Positions 56,877 through 64,000 of a stretch of DNA of 64,000 nt are shown piece by piece. The position numbers were made by a program, and so were the translations under genes. Position 1 is the stretch's first letter, and the number at the start of each line of letters is the position of its first letter. Below the pieces are notes generated by a model. That model did no database searches and was not told the origin of the DNA. It saw only the letters and a program-made list of their open reading frames with translations. This stretch comes from a virus. The stretch lies in the IMG/VR virus record IMGVR_UViG_3300050011_000164, positions 20,730 to 84,729 of that record, one strand, 5' to 3'.

Positions 56877-57032
56877 ATGGCAAACCGAGTGTGGCACACA
56901 GCCGAGGCTAAGGACAACGAACTGGAGAGCTTGCTCAACCTCTTTCAAGGCCGAGGTTACACAATCTTTTCGATCATGAAGATGTCACGCGGCGGGTTCA
57001 GCGAGTATTTCATGATCGTCTACTACGAATAG
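56877..57032 (+). CDS. Small hypothetical protein (MANRVWH..., not in ORF track)
   Basis: Manual translation; TATACT -10 just upstream; in frame with the upstream gene across TAG. Confidence 0.55.
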   Translation: MANRVWHTAEAKDNELESLLNLFQGRGYTIFSIMKMSRGGFSEYFMIVYYE

Positions 57033-57039
57033 GAGCAGT

Positions 57040-57312
57040 ATGCCTACCAACATAGCCTTTGATATCAACTGGGACTTGCAAAGCACCAAAGCCGTAAGCT
57101 TCAACCTGCGGGTGAACAACCGTAACTGGCATCTCACCCTCGCATGGTCTGACTACCGCAAGGGCAAGCGTTACCCGTTCCCTGTTCGCGTCACCCCGTA
57201 CTTCTCCTACCAGCCCGACCTGAACGCCATCGAAAGCGATTGTGAGAACCACCACAAGGATTGCTGCGGATGGACGCCGACGAGTCACTGTGGGCGGTTT
57301 GAAGGGGCTTAG
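57040..57312 (+). CDS. Hypothetical protein
   Basis: AGGAG RBS. Confidence 0.55.
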   Translation: MPTNIAFDINWDLQSTKAVSFNLRVNNRNWHLTLAWSDYRKGKRYPFPVRVTPYFSYQPDLNAIESDCENHHKDCCGWTPTSHCGRFEGA

Positions 57313-58127
57313 AACCCGCGAGCCGCTGTGCGGGAGAGCGCCGTGCTTGTGCCTGTGGTATCGGATTCCCAACGATTATTCCTACTGTGCCAGCGGATCG
57401 CTTCCCGTGGAATGCGGTGAACCGTCTGATTGAACAGGGTGATGGTGACTTCCTGAGGGAACGTCTTGGTGACGGCACTGACCACAGCGATGCCCACATT
57501 CTTGATGCACAGGCGCTCGCCAACTTCTGGATCATCTTCTGCACGGTCATCCTTGAACGAGTAAATCCGTTGGATGTAGTTCTTGAGGAAATCAATCCCC
57601 TGAGCCGAGTAGCCAAAGTCTTTCACCCACAGCGGAACTTTTTGAACGTCTGGTAAGGGCTTGTTGTTTACCATCACGAAGATATCGACGTTGTAAGCGA
57701 TGAGAGCTTCCATTCTCTCTTCGGTGTCTTTCATACCCACGGTGAGCATGTTGGGTGGAACGCAGAAAAACTTCGGGTAGGCATACTGAGCGCGGTATCC
57801 CAATCGGCATTCTTCAATCGTCCCCCACAGAGCGACTTCCCCATGAATGCCGTAGCCGCCGTAGCCAATTTCAATCAAGTGCTTCCAGTGCTTCGCCGCA
57901 TAAATACCGCACGTGCAGGACTCGTTGGGCACGGGATGAAGGTAGCTGTAGTCAATTTTTGAGGGCAAAGTGGGAAACCCACCATCACGGCCACGATTGC
58001 ACTTGGCGACGTGCGCTTCACCTGACTTCCACGCCGTATCATTCAGTGAGCGAATGCCAAAGCCGAAAGGCTCCCAATGCCACGTGCGGTACGCCGTAAA
58101 CGGCGAGATGTAATCGGGGGATTGCAT
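57309..58127 (-). CDS. Conserved hypothetical protein
   Basis: AYRTW...W....A.C...H.VP...CTCGIYA...GEVALWG...GYRAQYA motif. Confidence 0.7.
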   Translation of the reverse strand: MQSPDYISPFTAYRTWHWEPFGFGIRSLNDTAWKSGEAHVAKCNRGRDGGFPTLPSKIDYSYLHPVPNESCTCGIYAAKHWKHLIEIGYGGYGIHGEVALWGTIEECRLGYRAQYAYPKFFCVPPNMLTVGMKDTEERMEALIAYNVDIFVMVNNKPLPDVQKVPLWVKDFGYSAQGIDFLKNYIQRIYSFKDDRAEDDPEVGERLCIKNVGIAVVSAVTKTFPQEVTITLFNQTVHRIPREAIRWHSRNNRWESDTTGTSTALSRTAARGF

Positions 58128-58357
58128 TAGCTCTTAGCGATGAATTCAACCGTGGTGAGCCCACTTTGCGGATCGTAGCATTCATCACACACTGGACGCC
58201 CCTCAATTTCAGTTACCGAAGGACGGTCGCCGCAACGGATGCAGAACACGGGCTCAGCGTATGACGGCTCAATCTGGGGCTCTTGTCCGGGAAGTGGGGC
58301 TGGGACTTGGATGGGATCAACTACGACGGTGCGGACGTGCTCACCAATATTGCACAT
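58127..58357 (-). CDS. Small Zn-finger protein
   Basis: CIRC...VCDEC; AGGAG RBS. Confidence 0.55.
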   Translation of the reverse strand: MCNIGEHVRTVVVDPIQVPAPLPGQEPQIEPSYAEPVFCIRCGDRPSVTEIEGRPVCDECYDPQSGLTTVEFIAKS

Positions 58358-58533
58358 GAGGGGCTCCTAAAGAGGAAGTAGGGTGCGGCTCTAGGCTCGC
58401 ACCCCGATACTGATTATTCTGCGCTATCAGCAAACGCCATACCCCCATTATACCAGCCGAGGGTCCAATTCAGCTAGGATTCTAGGAATTATTTTCAGGT
58501 CGCCTTCCTCGGCGATAAGCTCTTCCAGCGTGC

Positions 58534-58857
58534 TCACGTTCGTGCCTTCCATGCCGCGACAGCCTGCTCGCGGGTGAAGCCGAACTTCACTACCAACTTG
58601 TTTACGGCGAAGGCGGCGAGCTTCGGATAACGGATGCCTTTGATGAACTTGTTGATCTCTTTGGCAGTCGGCGGCTTCACCTTCTTGGGGAAGTCGTCAG
58701 GATGATAGCCGTAGGTGCCCTGAACCTGCACGTGCGTGTTGCTCACACAGCCGTACAGGTTCAAGCCCCACGGTTTGGAATCCTCGCGGCGGATCATGCC
58801 TATCTTGCCGCCGCATTTCGGACATTCTCGGTTCCTGAAATTAGGTCTCTTAGCCAT
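58534..58857 (-). CDS. Hypothetical protein with Zn ribbon
   Basis: CPKCGG; GAGGGG RBS. Confidence 0.6.
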   Translation of the reverse strand: MAKRPNFRNRECPKCGGKIGMIRREDSKPWGLNLYGCVSNTHVQVQGTYGYHPDDFPKKVKPPTAKEINKFIKGIRYPKLAAFAVNKLVVKFGFTREQAVAAWKART

Positions 58858-59194
58858 TATCCCCTCGGGCGTAACCGCTTCGCCTGTTCCTCTCGACTCC
58901 AGAAAATATCACGTAGGTAGGTCGGCCCAACGATGCGTTCATAGACGTACAGCGCCGTGATCGCGATCACGACCACCCCACTTAGACAAAGGAAAACTTC
59001 ACTCATCGGGTCCATGGTTACTCCTCATGCTTCAAACGATATTTTACCACGTCCTGAGCAACCTTGAATTCGTCCTTGTCGAAAACCTCTGCCAACACGT
59101 GCACCGAGGCGTATCCCCGCATTTCCTCCGCGTCCATGATTCGCGGCTCGTCATTCAGAGCAATATACGCCACGCCTTTGCGGTAGGACGCCAT

Positions 59195-59860
59195 TTAGAT
59201 CAACTTCTTCGGCTTGTAGCCGCCCATCACGTCATCTTCATCCTTAGGCGTGAACCATACGCCCTCTTCCCGATTCACGTTCCGCATCGCGATGCCCCAA
59301 GCTTCCGAGGCGTAAGTCACGAATTCGTGCATGTTGATGAAGCGGTGACCCGCCTGCTTGAGCAACTCGACAGCCCGCTTCTTAGTCGCGGCACACACGT
59401 AGAACCGACCATCGAAATCACTGTAGTCGCCACGAATGTTCCAAATCTTGAAATTGTGCAGGGTGATGACGGGGAAACTCCAGCCCTTCGACATCGACTC
59501 GTTCCAACCCACAGCTTTACCGTTTGCCAATTCCCACCAGCAGTGAACGTCCTTCTGTGATCCGGGCCACGGTCTGTAATCTGCGCCATCGGTCACACGG
59601 CTGTACTCACGCACGACCCACTCATCGAGCAACAGGGCGGCGGGAGACGGCTTTTCCTTACCGACACCAGCCCAACGCGGCGAGCATACTGCCATGTGCT
59701 CAATGAAGAATTCCTTCGGCAGTTCGTTCCTAAGGCTGCGAACCGAGGCTTGGTACGAGCAGCGGGGACACCACAGTCCCTTGCTGTGATACCCAACGAT
59801 CTCGGAATCCTCTTTGAAGTTCGCCGTGCACTTCGAGCATGAGTAGGTGGTGAGTGGCAT
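59195..59860 (-). CDS. Hypothetical protein
   Basis: Start MPLTTY by TAATG coupling; WELANGKAVGWNE...GWSFP motif. Confidence 0.65.
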   Translation of the reverse strand: MPLTTYSCSKCTANFKEDSEIVGYHSKGLWCPRCSYQASVRSLRNELPKEFFIEHMAVCSPRWAGVGKEKPSPAALLLDEWVVREYSRVTDGADYRPWPGSQKDVHCWWELANGKAVGWNESMSKGWSFPVITLHNFKIWNIRGDYSDFDGRFYVCAATKKRAVELLKQAGHRFINMHEFVTYASEAWGIAMRNVNREEGVWFTPKDEDDVMGGYKPKKLI

Positions 59861-60126
59861 TAGAGTAGCGCCTCCAAAAACTTCTTGACCTGTTGCGCTT
59901 CGGCACAGGTGATGCAACCATCCTGTGCTTCGTTGAACATGTCTAGTTCGTGCTCTGCTTGTGCCCTCAAGTCGGAGATCGTTTTGGGGTGATCGAGCCC
60001 GCCGAACACACAAGCTGGCAGGGCCTTGAGAGCCTCTTCAAAGGTCTTAGGTTTCTTTATTAGATCGCCCTTGAGTGCGGTCACTCGGCTGGCTTCTTTC
60101 CACATTCTGTCTGTGCGTCGGCTCAT
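59860..60126 (-). CDS. Hypothetical protein
   Basis: Coupled ORF. Confidence 0.55.
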   Translation of the reverse strand: MSRRTDRMWKEASRVTALKGDLIKKPKTFEEALKALPACVFGGLDHPKTISDLRAQAEHELDMFNEAQDGCITCAEAQQVKKFLEALL

Positions 60127-60644
60127 TAGGAGTTGTCCTCTTCAACGCGGGGACCGTCACACACGTGCTTCGGGTTCACCTTGCCGTAGGCTCCGCAGCA
60201 GGAGAACAGGACGATGCTATTTGGCGAGGACGGAATCAGTTCGCTGCGAGACGACATAACAGCGGCGAGTTCCGCACGCTTCGCGGCAATTTTCTGTTCG
60301 AGTTCGGCGATCTCTTCCTCGATCCGCATCGCACGATTGTTGCTGTGAGCCTGCTCCGCGTCACGCTGAATCATCGGCGTGCTCTGGATGTACTCATTCA
60401 CGGCTTTGACCCACGAGGCGACGATCACCTTGCGCTGCGCCTCGGTAGCCTTGCTGGAATAAAAAGAGTGGTGAGAGGAACGGGGGTTGTCCTGATCGCG
60501 GGCGGGCTCGAAGCCCTTGCCGTGAGCGCATTTCTGTCCGTTGATGTAGATGTGGTTGTATTCGGTGATGGCGAGTTCAACGACGCCCGTGTCGGTTTTA
60601 ATCAGGATGTGGTCGGGATAGTCTTGATAGTCTCGGTCGCTCAT
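60126..60644 (-). CDS. Hypothetical protein, leaderless early-type
   Basis: ATG 6 nt after TGGGTATAAT. Confidence 0.65.
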   Translation of the reverse strand: MSDRDYQDYPDHILIKTDTGVVELAITEYNHIYINGQKCAHGKGFEPARDQDNPRSSHHSFYSSKATEAQRKVIVASWVKAVNEYIQSTPMIQRDAEQAHSNNRAMRIEEEIAELEQKIAAKRAELAAVMSSRSELIPSSPNSIVLFSCCGAYGKVNPKHVCDGPRVEEDNS

Positions 60645-60715
60645 GTCCCTATTATACCCAAAAAATGCCCAAATCGCTAGGATTTGGGCATTATATTTGC
60701 TTTGTTTTCAGTGGT
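60645..60715 (-). promoter_or_regulatory. Early-type promoter copy containing a 12-bp inverted repeat
   Basis: AATGCCCAAATC-GCTAG-GATTTGGGCATT overlapping the TCCTAG box. Confidence 0.7.
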
Positions 60716-61801
60716 TTATGCGATGCAGACTAACGCGCAATCGTAGGGGGCTTCTAAGCCCGTCATCTTAGGATACATGATGAGGAAGCCCACCATCACG
60801 GCCACGACAACCACCGTGCTCAGCCTGACCCCGAAAATCTTGGGGTTGCTGCGGAGGGCGACGGGAACCAGTAGAGTCAGCATCGTAAAGGCAATCGCAT
60901 AGTAGTAGTAATAACTAAACGTCCTGCCGATGATTGCCCACTGCAACAAGCTGCTGGCGAAGAGTGCCACAACCACCCCGTCAACAAACATCTTCCCCTT
61001 GATAAAGCTAACCACGCAGAACACAAGAGCCAAAACCCCGCACACCGCCATCGCTGGGTTGGCAACCAAATAGTCCATTGCCCGCTCGGGGTTGGTGCGT
61101 GTGATCCAAGTGAACCACAGTGAGTTGATGGCTGGATTGCCTGTCGCGTGTTGGTGAAAGTGCAGAATGAACTTTGATGCGGTGATGGGGTTGCGACCAC
61201 CGAAAGACGCACAGTAGGTAACAACCGCTGTCAGGATCATCTTCGCCGCACCCTTCAAATACCAGCGGTGATACACAGCCATCAAACCTATCACCGTAAC
61301 GAATACGACAAGGGCAGACCACTTGGTCGCTATTGCACAACCGAAGAGGAACCCCGCAAGCACCCATTGCCCCTGCTTCCATGCCGCCAAACCCCAGATC
61401 AAAAAGCAGATGATGAAAATTTCCAGCATAGCCACTCTCGCAAGAACGAAAGTGAAATTGTTGAAGGTCATGAGCAATGCAGCCAACACGCCAGCTTCAA
61501 AGCGGCTTGTCAGTATGCAAATCAGAACGAAAGCACCTGCAACGCTGAACGCGCCAGCAACCGCCGAGGCGATGCGCCAGCCAAACGGGTTATCGCCAAA
61601 GGCAGTAATGCCGAGACCGATCAACAGCTTGCCCATGGGCGGGTGCTCGGGGTTTGCATCAGGCAGACCGTGCATCAAAGCCTTGGCTCCCGCGACGTAA
61701 CAAGGTTCATCAAAGATGGGGCTGCTGGGCTGACCGAGGCGGAAGGTGAACAGTGCCAAACTTGCCGTAAAGATCAGAGCGGCTGTGATTGCTTTGTTCA
61801 T
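60716..61801 (-). CDS. GT-C membrane glycosyltransferase (PMT/ArnT-like)
   Basis: FDE..YV, NPEHPPMGK, FGWR, AR.AMLE, KWS; many TM helices. Confidence 0.85.
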   Translation of the reverse strand: MNKAITAALIFTASLALFTFRLGQPSSPIFDEPCYVAGAKALMHGLPDANPEHPPMGKLLIGLGITAFGDNPFGWRIASAVAGAFSVAGAFVLICILTSRFEAGVLAALLMTFNNFTFVLARVAMLEIFIICFLIWGLAAWKQGQWVLAGFLFGCAIATKWSALVVFVTVIGLMAVYHRWYLKGAAKMILTAVVTYCASFGGRNPITASKFILHFHQHATGNPAINSLWFTWITRTNPERAMDYLVANPAMAVCGVLALVFCVVSFIKGKMFVDGVVVALFASSLLQWAIIGRTFSYYYYYAIAFTMLTLLVPVALRSNPKIFGVRLSTVVVVAVMVGFLIMYPKMTGLEAPYDCALVCIA

Positions 61802-61875
61802 GTCTCTATTATACCCAAAAAGAGACTAGAATCGATAGGAATTTTGGACTATATTTGCTTTGTTTTCAATAAGTT
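61802..61875 (-). promoter_or_regulatory. Early-type promoter copy
   Basis: GAAAACAAAGCAAATATAG...TTCCTAT-N21-TATAAT-N6-ATG. Confidence 0.75.
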
Positions 61876-61964
61876 ACCGTAGCGGGTTCTTAGCTTTCGC
61901 TCCCCCGCTACGGGCCGAAGGACGGCTTACCGCGTCCCGTTGGTGCGAGTCATCCTCGCGGGCG

Positions 61965-62417
61965 TTAGATGTTCACTTCCTCAACTCGAATTAGTTTGTC
62001 ATGCTCGAAGTAATGAATCCGCTTGATGTTTTGCTGCGGAATATCGGATGCAATTCTTTGAGCGGTGCATTCAACGTCCACGTCCCAAAAAACCAGTTCG
62101 ACATCGGGCTCATACGAACCAACCAACGCAAATTCGATAATGGCGTATTGACCATTCAACGTGGGTTCCTCTCCGACTTCTTCCGTGGATTGCAATGGCG
62201 TCTGGTCAAGATAATCACGACCGTGTTCTCTAGCCTGTGAAAACGCCCCGTAACACCAGACGTATTTTTTATCATTTTCGTTGTCGATGAAGAAGCTGCT
62301 TTTGCGAGCCCACAGTCCAGTTTCTTTAATTTTGTTCGCACGAAACCACGAAGTTGAGTGGTATTTGACCCCCGCCGCTTCGTTGCGTTTTGCCTGTCCC
62401 ATTGGTTTAGACCCCAT
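61965..62417 (-). CDS. Hypothetical protein (start 62402 or 62417)
   Basis: KYHSTS...IKETGL...VW pattern loosely resembles ADP-ribosyltransferase-like proteins; unverified. Confidence 0.55.
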   Translation of the reverse strand: MGSKPMGQAKRNEAAGVKYHSTSWFRANKIKETGLWARKSSFFIDNENDKKYVWCYGAFSQAREHGRDYLDQTPLQSTEEVGEEPTLNGQYAIIEFALVGSYEPDVELVFWDVDVECTAQRIASDIPQQNIKRIHYFEHDKLIRVEEVNI

Positions 62418-62559
62418 CCATTGCTTCGGCGATGGTCAGGACGAGGTTCGTTGGTGTCAACGCTCTCCTCGGTGAACTGTGACCCCGTGGTGAGGCTATA
62501 TTTGCTCTGGACTGCCTCGGCGATCTTGGTCGCCAGTAAAATCTTCTCTGCGGTGTTCA

Positions 62560-63153
62560 TCATACGGTGCTCCCTTCCAGTTTGTGTAATGCGGCGGCGA
62601 GAACTTCCGGCTTGGGTCTTACGCTACTCGGTGCCCAATTCGGTCCACCGATCTTTCGGATTTGAAACACCCGCTCCACCCGCGTGCGGCGGTGCGGGGA
62701 CTTGCGGAGGAATACGGGCTCCTCTGTGTGGCTGTCGCAGAATCGCCGACCGTAGACGGCGACGTAATGCCCCGTGACGCCTATAATGCAGGCGTGCTCT
62801 TGAAAGTCTTCGCGGAATTGGCGGCAGTAACGTGCCAGCGTGGGGCGATCCTTGGAGGGGATAAACTGAGTGGTGAAACCCCCTTTGATGACGATGCTCG
62901 CACTAATACGCTCTTCGCCGCCCTCGACCCGCTGGTAATCGAATTTTTGGATAGTGCGGGCTTCCCACCCCAACATGGCTAAAGTGCGCTGTAGCAACCC
63001 GTAAGGCACACCCTTGATCGTTTTACAACCGCTCAGGTCCCGCATGATGCCCATGATCTTGCTGACTGGCTCCCCTGTCACGGCAGATATGGCGGCAGGC
63101 CCACACCACAGTTTGGTCGTAACGTCGTTTTTGATCGCCCGTAGCTTATCCAC
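62560..63153 (-). CDS. Papain-like/C39-type peptidase-fold protein (tentative)
   Basis: WCGPAAISAVTG...GHYVAV....CDS Cys-His-Asp arrangement. Confidence 0.55.
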   Translation of the reverse strand: MDKLRAIKNDVTTKLWCGPAAISAVTGEPVSKIMGIMRDLSGCKTIKGVPYGLLQRTLAMLGWEARTIQKFDYQRVEGGEERISASIVIKGGFTTQFIPSKDRPTLARYCRQFREDFQEHACIIGVTGHYVAVYGRRFCDSHTEEPVFLRKSPHRRTRVERVFQIRKIGGPNWAPSSVRPKPEVLAAALHKLEGSTV

Positions 63154-63397
63154 GCGATGCCTCCGCTTTTTCCGCAGCGTCCCTGAGGGTCTTGAACTGT
63201 TCCTCAGTGATGGTCTCGGCGGTCGGTGCGTTGAAACGAGTGTAGCCGATGAGGGCGCATCGCTGATCCACGTCGATGCCTACCGCTTGCAGGCGAGTGG
63301 CGAGTTCGAACATTTCCGCAAACTTGGCGATGCCCGAGCGCACTTCGACGATCTGTTTCTCTTGGCGCTTAGTGGGTTTGCCCTTGGGAAGTTCCAT
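63146..63397 (-). CDS. Hypothetical protein, leaderless early-type
   Basis: Start MELPKG 6 nt after TGGGTATAAT. Confidence 0.6.
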   Translation of the reverse strand: MELPKGKPTKRQEKQIVEVRSGIAKFAEMFELATRLQAVGIDVDQRCALIGYTRFNAPTAETITEEQFKTLRDAAEKAEASRG

Positions 63398-63470
63398 ACC
63401 CCTATTATACCCAAAAATGGGACGGAAACTATAGGAATTTTTGACTATATTTGGTTTGTTTTCACTCACT
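63398..63470 (-). promoter_or_regulatory. Early-type promoter copy
   Basis: GAAAACAAACCAAATATAG...TTCCTAT-N21-TATAAT-N6-ATG. Confidence 0.75.
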
Positions 63471-63496
63471 TACTGGTGGTGGCGACCAGTTTCTCG

Positions 63497-64000
63497 TCAG
63501 AAATTGCCCTTCCACACGCACTCAGTCCGCCTGCTCCCGTTGGCGCTGGCGAGGTTTGTGACACTCTTTGTGTGGAATGGTTCACCGAAGGCTTTCACGT
63601 AGAAATCCTGCCGGTATTCAGTCAGCATCCACTTGAAGCGGGCACGCTTGAGCATGTCAACCATCCTCAGGTGTTCTTCCAGCGGCCAGCTTTTGTAAGC
63701 ACGCACGTCGCATTCAAAATACGGGGGATCAAGGAACACGAAATCATCCGGCGTTAGCTGATCCAGAGGGAGGCTTTTCCAATCCTTGGCCGTGATTTTT
63801 ACGGAGTTGTTCTGCATTAGCCGCTGGCGAAAGCGGAGTCTTTCTCGATAAGTTTCAGGGAGCACGGCGATCTGCGTGGCGGGACCGCCCTTTGCGTAAC
63901 CGCCGCGTGGACTCAGGAACGGCTCTAACAGGACGCTGGCGATTGTTGGCTTACGGTCGGCCCTTTTACGAGCGAGGAAATAACTGTACTGAAGACGCAT
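63497..64000 (-). CDS. DNA adenine methyltransferase (Dam/D12-like), C-terminal part
   Basis: DDFVFLDPPY motif IV, KWMLT.Y, RTECVW.; 5' end probably outside the window. Confidence 0.8.
   Translation of the reverse strand: MRLQYSYFLARKRADRKPTIASVLLEPFLSPRGGYAKGGPATQIAVLPETYRERLRFRQRLMQNNSVKITAKDWKSLPLDQLTPDDFVFLDPPYFECDVRAYKSWPLEEHLRMVDMLKRARFKWMLTEYRQDFYVKAFGEPFHTKSVTNLASANGSRRTECVWKGNF

Noticed and set aside
62156-62563. 135-aa ORF as annotated
   Set aside because: Its 3' half overlaps the next gene extensively; more likely a short gene with an indel near 62465, so not listed as a confident CDS
1-64000. Genome-wide TAG reassignment suggested by the CUA tRNA
   Set aside because: Long genes, including terL and structural genes, are intact under code 11, and several end in TAG with the next gene in another frame; only conditional read-through remains possible
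1-64000. CRISPR array, integrase/att site, IS element, rRNA
   Set aside because: No regularly spaced repeats or recognisable motifs seen; the dispersed ~70-nt repeats are promoter-like

Overview
This window is a segment of a large, probably jumbo, tailed-phage genome. It holds a terminase large subunit, tail-fibre-like and other virion proteins, homing endonucleases, a Dam-like methyltransferase and dense minus-strand runs of small hypothetical genes. No integrase, rRNA or CRISPR array is visible. A TonB gene of the type I associate with Acidobacteriota hints at the host (inference). Main points: (1) Several large, apparently late proteins (1884, about 1113, about 643 and 490 aa) are punctuated by recurring K/R-x-A-(A/S/D/G) motifs. 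These separate short, unrelated domains, suggesting protease-processed virion cargo polyproteins; one fuses an inorganic-pyrophosphatase-like domain to a RelA/SpoT small alarmone synthetase. (2) A 75-nt tRNA with a CUA (amber) anticodon, not shown in the ORF track, lies upstream of the terminase. (3) A probable virion protein carries two DUF3494 ice-binding domains. (4) An 11-kb glycan cluster encodes GT2, GT6, GT10, GT11 and GT31-like enzymes plus Gmd, RmlC, DegT and a TPP enzyme pair, with a pyruvyltransferase and a GT-C elsewhere. (5) Two recurring promoter classes are visible: an early-type leaderless extended -10 with upstream boxes, and a putative late ACTWYC...CTT...TAG motif. Several structured intergenic RNA candidates are also present. 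All family calls come from motif recognition by eye; no database searches were run.
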